A stretch of DNA of 62,014 nt, the filler included, from Sanchytrium tribonematis (lineage: Eukaryota): the NCBI GenBank assembly GCA_018985235.1. It is 7 parts of 7 records of this genome, joined end to end, with 100 filler letters (N's around TTAATTAATTAA, not from the genome) between each part and the next. Parts side by side here need not be neighbours in the genome. Positions count along the whole stretch, not along the records: positions 5,703 to 11,280 come from JADGIG010000594.1; positions 11,381 to 16,951 come from JADGIG010000595.1; positions 17,052 to 22,575 come from JADGIG010000597.1; 4 more parts are not named here. One strand, 5' to 3'. Under the pieces are notes generated by a model, which was given only the letters and a program-made list of their open reading frames with translations, did not search any database and had not been told where the DNA came from. A program made the position numbers and the translations under genes. Every line of letters begins with the position of its first letter. Within the stretch, counting starts at the first letter, position 1. Shown here in pieces: positions 9,712 through 19,616 of this stretch.

Positions 9712-10806
9712 TTAATATACGATGCATTTCATTGGTGATCTACTCACTTTTTCATTCTCTAGTGTGTAATATCCATATTCTACATATGAATTAACGAGAC
9801 GGACATCAAGAAGGCCATAGTGCTTGCGCATTTCATTTATTACCCATATTCGTTGCTCTTTATTGGTAGGTCTGTACATGAAAAATACAAATGCAAATTC
9901 CTTTAATAATTGTGGTGCTTCTCTTACTCTATGCTCTAAAACATAATCAAATATCTTAATCATGATATGAGAATAGAATCCATTTTGTGTTAATGTAGAA
10001 TCATAGTAATCAAGCGATAAAATGCTCTGTGATGGCACTTTGTAAAAATCATGCCACGCTTCTGAATATTTAACAAGATTCATCCATTTATATGATTTTA
10101 ATTTCTCTTCTAAATGCAATGCAGCATAATACAAGATATTCACTGGAGATGCAGGTTCTAAATGATGCGCATCATTTGTAAAATCTTCCATTTTAAAAAA
10201 AGTTTCATACATGTTTTGAACACTACCGTACTTGTTAATCACTGCAGACACACTTGTATATTGAGAAACATACTTGTGAATATGTGATTGTGTATATGCA
10301 ATCATGACTGCACCAATTAATAAAATAATGAGCCCCATAAATCCGACTGATCGACTAATTTTAGCACCAAATACATTGGCAACTACTACAATTTGACCTA
10401 ATAAAACTAAACCATCTGCTGTACGTAATACATGTCTAATGACTTGCAACTTGTTTGGCGTTCTTTTCATTAATAAATGTGTTCCAAGTTGTTGTGCATA
10501 TTCAAGTGCTTCTGGATGGTTCATTGCAATTTGTAATTGCTTTAAAATAGAATCAGACAAAATGAATTCTTTTGGTGTCTTGTATTGAATTGACTCTGCA
10601 AAATTGCCATAATCAAATTCCACTGGAAAACATGATCTTAATCGAATAGGATCATGATGATACTCATTTATACATTTTACGAGTGCCAATTTCTGATCAT
10701 CAGTGAATTTTGGATACTCATTTGGCAATTGATTTGCCATTTGTTGCACATAATTCTCAATTTTGATTGATTGACTGCCAAATACTGTCCATAATGCAAT
10801 CAACAT
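9712..10806 (-). CDS. Putative secreted protein of an uncharacterised family, with an internal hydrophobic hairpin
   Basis: Signal-like N-terminus; similar to 5703-5989 (N-terminal part) and to 2046-2735 (C-terminal part). Confidence 0.75.
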   Translation of the reverse strand: MLIALWTVFGSQSIKIENYVQQMANQLPNEYPKFTDDQKLALVKCINEYHHDPIRLRSCFPVEFDYGNFAESIQYKTPKEFILSDSILKQLQIAMNHPEALEYAQQLGTHLLMKRTPNKLQVIRHVLRTADGLVLLGQIVVVANVFGAKISRSVGFMGLIILLIGAVMIAYTQSHIHKYVSQYTSVSAVINKYGSVQNMYETFFKMEDFTNDAHHLEPASPVNILYYAALHLEEKLKSYKWMNLVKYSEAWHDFYKVPSQSILSLDYYDSTLTQNGFYSHIMIKIFDYVLEHRVREAPQLLKEFAFVFFMYRPTNKEQRIWVINEMRKHYGLLDVRLVNSYVEYGYYTLENEKVSRSPMKCIVY

Positions 10807-11003
10807 GGGGAAGTACGTTGCAATTTCTTTTGTAGAACTTTGTAGAACACGTGGTTATACAAATGTGCTCCTTGCTAATTTGATTGGCAGGAATTGAAAA
10901 GGAATATATTTTGTATTCTTTTTGAAACAAGTTTGCCGATTCACAATATTCAAATGATTTAACGAGTTGTATGAATCCAATTCTGATTAAATAAATCCTA
11001 AAT

Positions 11004-11280
11004 TTATTGAAAGAATAAAGTAGCAGCTGTCATAATCACGTACGTAGCTTTTCTAGAACCTGATGTTGACCACTTACCATCATATTTTGCAGCACAATCT
11101 TTCATTTGCTGTTTTTGCTTTTCCAAAACAAGCTCTTCACCATCAAGATATCCATTGTCTACGTAATACTTTGCGTAATATTTGTCACAATTATCTTCAC
11201 AGGAAAATGTAGCTCCTCCTTTCGGTGCACAATAAATACCATTTTCTTGATGACAAGTAGCACCAAATTGTTGCAATATT
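11004..11280 (-). CDS. 3' fragment of a Cys-rich protein with hydrophobic C-terminal tail (possible GPI anchor)
   Basis: Five Cys residues; tail SGSRKATYVIMTAATLFFQ; 5' end cut by the linker. Confidence 0.45.
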
Positions 11281-11380
11281 NNNNNNNNNNNNNNNNNNNN
11301 NNNNNNNNNNNNNNNNNNNNNNNNTTAATTAATTAANNNNNNNNNNNNNNNNNNNNNNNNNNNNNNNNNNNNNNNNNNNN
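11281..11380. other. Artificial contig linker
   Basis: N44-TTAATTAATTAA-N44. Confidence 0.98.
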
Positions 11381-13843
11381 TGACACAAATATTCTGCTTC
11401 TTCCAAATTATGAGTGGTTAAAATGACAGTAGATGTCTTTTTCATTTCTTCAATCATTGTCCAAATACATCTACGCACCTAAATAAATCAAAAAAACTTC
11501 TGGATCCAATCCCGTCGTTGGTTCATCTAAAAAGATTAAAGATGGATTATTCACATTTGCCATACTAATAGACACTCTTCTCTTCTCTCCTCCACTTAAT
11601 TTATTAGGGAATCGCTTTTGAAATCCATTCAATTGAGCGTGTAATAAAGCAGCATCTGCTTGCGATTTTGCTGTTTTCAATTCTAACCCCTTTAAAATAC
11701 CAAAAAAGATCAAATGTTCAATCACAGATAGATCTGGAATGAAAATATCATGTTGCGCACAAATACCAATCATTTTATGGATCTCATCAATTTGTGAATT
11801 TAAATCATATTGACCCAATTTACCAAAATAGGTGGCACTGCCATGTGTTGGCTCTAATAATCCTGTTAATATGGAAATCAAGGTGCTTTTACCAGCCCCA
11901 TTGGATCCCAATAATCCAAATACGGTATTCTTTTCAACTGAAACTGTCACATCTTTTACAGCCACTTTATGGCCAAATTGCTTTCTTAAATGGTGACATA
12001 CCAATGCAGGTGAGTCATATTTACCCGCATCTACATTATTACGCATATCCACGACATCCTGATCTTCAATTTGTGATTCATGCTTCACATCTTTATCTTG
12101 AAATTGCGAATACACTTTTCCACCATGGACTGTCTTTTTACCCATTAATTCTAATACTTTGTGATACACATAGCCAATTGGGAAGAAAATATTCTTTCTA
12201 GTACCAAATTCACTCTTGATGATTAATGAGAAATAAATGGCCAAAATCAAATAAACAATCCAAGTTAAAAAGAGTGCTAGCATCGCATACCCTACAGAAT
12301 TAGGGAGGTTTAATTGTTGAAATCCATATGGATATTTGGTGGAATCTGTGGCTGCTTCATTAATTAAAATGAGAGCTTTAAAAAATGCATATGGGCCATA
12401 AACAAATAGAGCATCTGGGATACCGAGTGATGGAATACCAGTTAATTGACCTAGTACGACATTACCAAGTGTCAAAATAGCAGTGAATATGGTTGCACTT
12501 CTAGCTTTGTTGAAAAAGGCAGAAATTAAAAAACTGAGTGAAATTTGACTTAATCCCCATAAAATAAATAATACGGCAATGACGCCAAAATTAGTACGCA
12601 TAATAAAATGGATACCCCATATGGCACTAGTGATTAAAAAGACAATGGCACTGCAAATGTAAATTAAGAAATTTTGACAAAATAACACGAAAAAGTATTT
12701 CATTTCACTCACTCCATTCATTTTCAATAAAATGAAGATTCTTTCTTCTTTCTCTTTAACTAAAGAATGTACGAATACAGGCAATAGAAATGAGAAACAA
12801 AGAGGAAGGAAAAATGAGATGATTTGACCTGAAAAATCAAATTTTCCATTTTGATAGTCACTTTGTGGCATTGTTCTGAATCCACCACCAATAATCCAAT
12901 CACTGGTCTGTTTAATTATTGCATTAGACACCATATTGATGTAATAACCCGCATTATAAAAATCAACTGTGGTTTCCCTCCCCATGACTGCATTTGCATA
13001 ATCACCAATTTGAATAGTCACAGCATCATCAGTCGCACTAATTGCATATTGAGGAAAAATACCAGGTCTACCTCTATAAAAATAACCACCTTGCTTTGAA
13101 AAGTAGAATTGCTCATCTTTTAATTTCTTGACAAGTGCTGTTTTTAACGCACTAGGGCTATCATATGATTCTACCGTCGTAGCTAGTTCACAGTTCTTGC
13201 TATTACATTTGAAATAATTGGTTAAAGATCCCAACAAACCAGTTCCAAACTTGGAGTAAATCACAGAATTATTTTGATTGTAGCCCTGAGTAAAGTTATT
13301 GACCATCAATGAAGCTGGAATAGAGTCATTTCTTGTTCTTTGTCCCCATTTACTACTAAATGTACCAATAACACTCACATTATTCCCATAAATCGTTTCT
13401 GGCGTGTAATTTCCATTTGGTCCAAAATACATACTGCCCATATCTCCCCAATATTGCCATGAACTAGGTTGATATTGCTGGTCATACTGCTCAGTATCTT
13501 GTACCTGTAATTCCAATTCTGCAGGGTGAATTGGCGCGTAGAATCGATTACAGTTGTAATTAAATAGCTGGTTTGGACTCTTTATAGCAGTCTGATTCAT
13601 TCTCACACAACTGTAAGCAGTGAATGGCTTAAAATTAGCAATACTAATCGCCAATAACATCTGAATCAACCCACAAATACAAACCAACAAAATTGGACAT
13701 AAAAACACACATATCAAATTAGACCATTTCTGTCTCTTTTGCGTATTGAATGACTTGTAAAACAAAGCTTGTATCACAGTATCTTTCTTTTTCATCATCA
13801 TTTCTGTTTTCGGACTTTCAAACGCTTCTCGGTGGCTTGGCAT
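11381..13843 (-). CDS. ABCA-subfamily ABC transporter (3' truncated; intron 11479-11497)
   Basis: LVKEKEE, Walker A GSNGAGKST, signature LSGGEKRR and Walker B LIFLDEPTTGLDPE. Splicing restores DPE|VRRCIW...ILTTHNLEEAEYLC. Confidence 0.92.
11479..11497 (-). other. 19-nt spliceosomal intron (GTTTTTTTGATTTATTTAG)
   Basis: Removal restores the ABCA D-loop to H-loop continuity (LDPE-VRRCIW...TTH). Confidence 0.93.
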
Positions 13844-13860
13844 TTTAAAAATGTTGATTT

Positions 13861-13900
13861 TTTAAACGTGATTTAAAAACGTGCTATTTAAAACGTGATT
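13861..13900. repeat. Three tandem TTTAAA(A)(A)CGTG units in the 57-bp gap upstream of the ABCA gene
   Basis: tttaaacgtga / tttaaaaacgtgc / tttaaaacgtga read directly from the sequence. Confidence 0.75.
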
Positions 13901-15121
13901 TTATTTCCAAGCCAATGTGTGTCCAATATCCACACGTTGCTGCTGATCTCTTATTTTCATTTCCTCATAAATCAATTTTCCGTGTTTTAACAAATGTTCT
14001 GCAGAGGGTCGTTGATTTGGATCCAAATGCACCATTTTCTGAATAGCTTGTTTTAATGAATTGTCCACTCGTGTGCATTCTACTTGATAATTAAATTGGA
14101 TTCTCCCAATTTCATGTTCTAAAATGTCCACATCTTCTGATGAATATGGCAATTTACCAAAACAAATAAAGTATAAACAGATGCCACTACTCCATATATC
14201 GGATTCTTTTGTAAATAAATGTGTTTTGAGTAATTCTGGACTCATAAAATCCATGGTTGAATGATCTCGTGGATCTTTTGATAATCCTTGATTTAAAGAA
14301 ATGGATTCTCCAAAATCACTAAGCAAAATGGTGGGCACATCCAATTGATTCACACTATCATTAAATCGCAACAACAAATTATTTGGCTTCAAATCTCGAT
14401 GTAAAATATCCAAAGAATGCAAATAACTCAAACCACTCAATAAATCTAAAAATAGCTTTAAAATAGTCGTAGAATCTAAGCATCTCATAATTTGATCATC
14501 AATGGAGATCCCAATGCCTGATTTCTTGTTGGATTCTTGTTTTGACATGCAATGTTTTATTTGAAAATCTGGATGCATCCAATTTTGCAAGTTATTTCCA
14601 TTGATATATTCCATTAATATGAATAATACGGGTATGTTGGGACCAAATTGAGTCATTTGAGCATGTTCTAGCCATACGTGCATATATTTTACAATATGAT
14701 CGTGACGTAATTGTTGTAACAACGTGACTTCTCTGAGTAATTTCTTGAGATATTCGTGTGATTCACCAGTAGGTACTTTTTTGACTGCAAAATAACCCAG
14801 AGAAATCGAATCTAAAATGTGTAAACATTTGAAAACACTGCCTCTGCCACCTCTTCCCAATTGATCTTGTTGAATAAAGAACCTTTCGTAATAACCATCA
14901 TTAAATAAATAACTGGGTAGATTCTCATTGATTAAATTGGATAAACATTTGAAATAATCATTATCCATGTAAACTGGATTGTTATTGTCTAAATGGCTGC
15001 CACATAATGGACAATTTTGGAAATTGGACTTTAATAGTTGTATTTTATTATCTTTTTCGTGATAAAGGACGGTAGTTTGGGGTTGCCGAAGCATAATTTG
15101 CCAATTAGACTCATTTTGCAT
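13901..15121 (-). CDS. IKS1: Iks1-like Ser/Thr protein kinase
   Basis: CPLC N-terminal motif; GYYERFF...LGRGGRGSVF, FAVKKVP, HRDLKPNN and DFG motifs. Confidence 0.8.
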   Translation of the reverse strand: MQNESNWQIMLRQPQTTVLYHEKDNKIQLLKSNFQNCPLCGSHLDNNNPVYMDNDYFKCLSNLINENLPSYLFNDGYYERFFIQQDQLGRGGRGSVFKCLHILDSISLGYFAVKKVPTGESHEYLKKLLREVTLLQQLRHDHIVKYMHVWLEHAQMTQFGPNIPVLFILMEYINGNNLQNWMHPDFQIKHCMSKQESNKKSGIGISIDDQIMRCLDSTTILKLFLDLLSGLSYLHSLDILHRDLKPNNLLLRFNDSVNQLDVPTILLSDFGESISLNQGLSKDPRDHSTMDFMSPELLKTHLFTKESDIWSSGICLYFICFGKLPYSSEDVDILEHEIGRIQFNYQVECTRVDNSLKQAIQKMVHLDPNQRPSAEHLLKHGKLIYEEMKIRDQQQRVDIGHTLAWK

Positions 15122-15152
15122 TGTTTTAAAAATTAATAGAATTTAATTTATT

Positions 15153-15641
15153 TCATCGCTTAAACAGTGGATCTCTGCAAATTGGGCAAGTGCCATGTGA
15201 TCCAATATTAGAGTTGTACCATTTTGTAATGCAATGTCTATGGAATTCGTGGCTACAATCTGTTTTGACTATGAGTTCCATTGTTGGCAGCTTTTCATGA
15301 CAAATTCCACATTCTGACTCATTTGGAGTGGTTATGTAAGTATCGTCAATGTAAATTTTCGTATTTCTAGTGGGAGATGCATTTCTAACAGCGTTTGACT
15401 GCATTTGAGTGACAATTGGTTTTTGAGTTTGTCGGATTCTTGCTGTAACTTCTGTTTTGTTGGTCTCGGCGTGATTTGATCTATGCTTTTGTATTCCAAA
15501 ACCAAGTGAAAGGAATATAGTACACCCACCAAGAATGATAAGTGTCAAATTATGATAAAGACTGCCCAAAATAACCAAAATAGTCCCCACAACAATTCCA
15601 TCGTACCATCTTGGTGTTCTACAATATCTAGACATAGTCAC
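15153..15641 (-). CDS. Two-TM RING-H2 E3 ubiquitin ligase-like protein
   Basis: CGICHE...CSHEFHRHCITKW...CPICR; two N-terminal hydrophobic segments. Confidence 0.85.
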   Translation of the reverse strand: MTMSRYCRTPRWYDGIVVGTILVILGSLYHNLTLIILGGCTIFLSLGFGIQKHRSNHAETNKTEVTARIRQTQKPIVTQMQSNAVRNASPTRNTKIYIDDTYITTPNESECGICHEKLPTMELIVKTDCSHEFHRHCITKWYNSNIGSHGTCPICRDPLFKR

Positions 15642-15760
15642 GATAATTTAAAGTGGTTCTCTCGACTTTAAATATTTAGAAATGGCTTTTGTGAGCCAAT
15701 GAAATGGATATATTTTAGCCATTTTCGCGCTAGTCATCTCAAATTGAAAGTATAAATTAT

Positions 15761-16225
15761 TTATTTACTAAACAATGGATCTCTACACAGAGGACAAGTC
15801 AAATCAAACCCATATTTGTGTGAATGCCAACTTTTTAAGCACGATTTATGAAATTCATGATTGCAATCCGTTTTTATAATAATTTCGCTAGATTTCATTT
15901 CTTCACAACAAATACAACATTCTAATTCACTAGGAATCGTAATGTAGCTCTCATCAATGGTAAATATGGATTTAACAGACTGTTGATCCATTGCAGAATC
16001 TGCATTTTCCATTTCTTGCATATAAGTTTGTCTAACTCGTCTAATTCTCTCAATTTCTTGTTGGTGCTTCCTCATATTAAACTTGAATTTGATTGTAAGG
16101 AATAATACAACTAGAGCTGCACCTATTATCAGCACAATGTAGTTGTGTGTGAAAGCGGCATGAATTAAAAGTATTGTAATTAGTGTTGAAACAATTTGAA
16201 TTGTTGAATATTTTTGATCTGTCAT
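15761..16225 (-). CDS. Two-TM RING-H2 E3 ligase-like protein, tandem paralog of 15153-15641
   Basis: CCICCE...CNHEFHKSCLKSW...CPLCRDPLF; shares IDxxYIT and KTDC blocks with its neighbour. Confidence 0.85.
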   Translation of the reverse strand: MTDQKYSTIQIVSTLITILLIHAAFTHNYIVLIIGAALVVLFLTIKFKFNMRKHQQEIERIRRVRQTYMQEMENADSAMDQQSVKSIFTIDESYITIPSELECCICCEEMKSSEIIIKTDCNHEFHKSCLKSWHSHKYGFDLTCPLCRDPLFSK

Positions 16226-16951
16226 GAATCAAATAATGAGCAATTCGTATTTGATGTCATCGCATCAAGAATTGCCAATCATTGTAACCCAATCAAAATC
16301 CACCAACTCAGAATCGTTAGAGAAACAGGGAGAGTTCGTATTCTGTATTAAAAATACCTCCTCAATATTATTTGACTATTGTCTAGTCATTTGAAAGTGT
16401 ATTTTCATTCGATGGTTTCTTCAAAATGATCAAAAAGTATGATTTGAGTCTGATTTTTGGAATTATAAATCTAGAAAGTTCCCAAAAATCAAGAGGGAAT
16501 TATTTTCAGTATCAATCAATTATACAGCACCAGCCTATAGTTGTGAATCGCAAGAAACTATTATAGCCCTTGCTTTGAAGCTCAAAGTTTATACATCTGG
16601 CTTGCATTGGTTGGTCTGGAGATGTGATGAAACATTACTTTCAAGTTTCTTCAAAGTGACCAAATCCTAATTGAAATCATTATCATATTTACACTAATAC
16701 ACTAGATTCACGTCATATACACCACACTAGTCTCCATTAGACTGCATATTTTCAAATTTGAGATTTACTCTAAACTTCAGAATATTTCACTTCAATTTTA
16801 AAATTCCCTGGATTTACCCCATGAATCACCGTGATTGAAACTCCTAGCGCATTCAATTGTTTTAATCCTACTACCCACTCAAAGTGTCTCTCACGGGTCT
16901 GATTTTCCTGAGTCTCTGTATCTGATTGGACTCTCAGTCTCCCTTGTTAAA

Positions 16952-17051
16952 NNNNNNNNNNNNNNNNNNNNNNNNNNNNNNNNNNNNNNNNNNNNTTAAT
17001 TAATTAANNNNNNNNNNNNNNNNNNNNNNNNNNNNNNNNNNNNNNNNNNNN
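16952..17051. other. Artificial contig linker
   Basis: N44-TTAATTAATTAA-N44. Confidence 0.98.
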
Positions 17052-17374
17052 TAAACCTAATCTCAACAAATTTGAAGGAGCAAGTTGAGGTCTCTCACAT
17101 TCCAGTCAGACCTCAATCATCCATAATTTCGCCCCTTCTTCTTGGAAATAGTCTTTACGGATCACCTTTGAGTGTTCAGCTACCAAGTAGCCTTGCCAAT
17201 TCAGAGATATCAGGTCTCGATCAGTTTGCACAATGGATCCTGATTATAAGGCACTTTAAGAACCTACTCGTTGCGATGCAAGCGGAGAAAGATTTGGATG
17301 GAGTAGCAATCGATTCAGCAATCACTATTGCAGATCAAACACTGCTTCTTTTAAATTCGAAAATTAGTAAATAA
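17052..17374 (+). CDS. 3' fragment of a hypothetical protein
   Basis: Open frame from near the contig edge; no recognisable motif. Confidence 0.35.
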
Positions 17375-17494
17375 TGATTCAAGCCCACATGTAGCAAAGT
17401 GTGGTGCAGCCAATCAAATTAATTCGATTCTTCTAGAATCTAAGAGATCAATAAATTCTGGATTCTAGATGTAACATGACAACATTTCCAATTT

Positions 17495-18130
17495 ATGAAT
17501 TATTATGAGATACTTGAGGTCCAAGAATCTGCATCTATGGAAGAAATAAAACAAAATTATAAAAAATTGGCACTAATTCATCATCCCGATAAGCACAGTT
17601 GTAAATCGAAAGAAGAGCAGGAACAGAATATGGAGAAATTTAAAAAGATTACAGAAGCATTTGAAATCCTGTCAGATCCATGTAAAAGAAACCAATACAA
17701 TCAAAAGAAAAATCAAAATTATTCAGTGAATGGATTTGATTTGCATAATCCGTTCGATATATTCCATCAGATGTTTGGATCTGGACATGATACCCATTGT
17801 AATCGACAATTTATGAGAGATCCTTTTATGGGAATGACCATGCCAAGTTTTGGCAATTTTGCAAACGATCCCTTTTTTGATATGCACACCTCAATTTTTA
17901 GTAATATGAGCACAAATTCTCGTTCCCAATTTTGCAGATCTTCTTTCACTAGCACTTCGAGAAGAGAAACTATGATTAATGGTAGGAGGAAAATACTTAC
18001 CACTAGGAGAGATGAACAAGGAAATATAGAAGAAATAGAAGAAATCTATGAAGGCAGGAGAAACGCAAAATCAATCAGGAAAAATGGCAAAATTGTTTGC
18101 CAGTCTGGTGATATGAGGCTTTTGACTTAA
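17495..18130 (+). CDS. J-domain protein (DNAJB6-like Hsp40)
   Basis: NYYEILEV...HHPDK...FKKITEAFEILSDP J domain, F/M-rich linker and C-terminal STS...INGR beta region. Confidence 0.88.
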   Translation: MNYYEILEVQESASMEEIKQNYKKLALIHHPDKHSCKSKEEQEQNMEKFKKITEAFEILSDPCKRNQYNQKKNQNYSVNGFDLHNPFDIFHQMFGSGHDTHCNRQFMRDPFMGMTMPSFGNFANDPFFDMHTSIFSNMSTNSRSQFCRSSFTSTSRRETMINGRRKILTTRRDEQGNIEEIEEIYEGRRNAKSIRKNGKIVCQSGDMRLLT

Positions 18131-18447
18131 ATAAAATATTGTTTCGTCTTAGCAAAACAAATAAGATGTAATTCTCCTTGATATCATGTTTACTTCGCTA
18201 GTTAGTCCTTCAAATTATACATATTGAAAATACAGAAATCAAAGATGCCAGTACCAAAAATACCAACACATTCATCCATATAAATGATAAAGTATTTGAA
18301 AATCTTGAACATCCGGCCATTACGGAATTGTCAAAATATTTACCGAAAGTAACAGAGGAAGAAGACAATCTGGAATGGACATTTTATTCAGTCGTTAATG
18401 ATCTCAAAAAGGCAAATAGTAAAAAAGTTTAATAAATAACGAAACCC

Positions 18448-19581
18448 TCAATAAACAGCATTTATAAATAGCATTTGAGAATATCTCGCACCACTGTGAC
18501 CAAACGTTCCTGCATAAATAACAGGATGTGACGGATGCCAAGCTAGATCGCGAATGATGGGAGAGTCGTGCCAATAATCAATACTGGAAGAGTCAGAGTC
18601 GTCTGTCGGAGTTGTTATTTCAGAAATCACCTCGCCTAGTAGATTCCATATATAAATCGATCCGTCTGATGAACCAGATGATATGAAATTCCCACAAGGA
18701 GAAAATTTGGCCTTAATCATAGTAGAATAAACCGAGTGACCAAAGCAAGTCAAGATTGATTTATCTTCTGAGTGTGTTGAGCTTTTCGGATCATAGCTAT
18801 ACTTATCCCATCTATAGTCATATTGCCGTTCCTTAGATTTTTTTGGCCTAGAAGGTGAGGTATTTCTTAGATCGTGTAATTTTAATTTTTGATCTTTACC
18901 ATTAGACAAAATAAATGTACCGTTTAAGGTATCTAATGATGTTATTCCTTGAGTGTGTCCAGCAATATACCCAACGTATCTCTGCTCTTTGTTTGACGAA
19001 AGTAACCTTGTGTCCCATAGTTTAATAATAGAATCATCACCCGCAGTTGCCACCAAATGATTATCAACTGTGACTACAGAATTGCAATCATCTCTTCCAT
19101 GTTCAACAGAACATATTTCGTTATTTCGAGACATATCCCAAGCATACATCTTTCCATGACCGCGGCTAGTGACTGGCTTCGAGGCACCAAACAAAGTATT
19201 GTCTTTGGTACAAAACGACATGAAAGCAGCGTCTTCTGTACACGAATAAAATACTCTGTTTTGAGTTTTAAAGTCAATGAATTCAATAAAAGGCGTTAGT
19301 GAAGAATGACCGATAAATTTATCATGGAATTGCAAATCAGTCATTGTCCATTGTCCGATTGATCCTCTCAAGTTTAAATTAAGCTTTATTCCAAAATTGG
19401 AATCTAAACCCTCAAAATACGGATCAGAGCTGTCATAAAGATGGATCATTTGGTCTTGAGTTCCGACTGCAAGAAAATCTCCAGAGTCTGAAAATCTTAT
19501 ATTGTATATATTGCTATTGAATTTCTCGGCAATAGCTTTCACTTGCGAAGGAACTGGATTCACTAAATTTCTTTGTCGCAT
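18448..19581 (-). CDS. WD40 protein, DCAF11/WDR23-like
   Basis: GQWTMTD, GHTQGITSLD, ILSNGKDQKLKLHDLR, YDYRW and GHSVYSTMIKAKFSP blocks. Confidence 0.8.
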   Translation of the reverse strand: MRQRNLVNPVPSQVKAIAEKFNSNIYNIRFSDSGDFLAVGTQDQMIHLYDSSDPYFEGLDSNFGIKLNLNLRGSIGQWTMTDLQFHDKFIGHSSLTPFIEFIDFKTQNRVFYSCTEDAAFMSFCTKDNTLFGASKPVTSRGHGKMYAWDMSRNNEICSVEHGRDDCNSVVTVDNHLVATAGDDSIIKLWDTRLLSSNKEQRYVGYIAGHTQGITSLDTLNGTFILSNGKDQKLKLHDLRNTSPSRPKKSKERQYDYRWDKYSYDPKSSTHSEDKSILTCFGHSVYSTMIKAKFSPCGNFISSGSSDGSIYIWNLLGEVISEITTPTDDSDSSSIDYWHDSPIIRDLAWHPSHPVIYAGTFGHSGARYSQMLFINAVY

Positions 19582-19616
19582 TTCCCTTTGTTTTGGGTTT
19601 TATTTTTTTAAACAAA

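Noticed and set aside
16443..16670. Start-less frame with faint resemblance to a hAT dimerisation domain (FW...KFP...PA.S)
   Set aside because: Too few matching residues and no other transposase remnants or TIRs.
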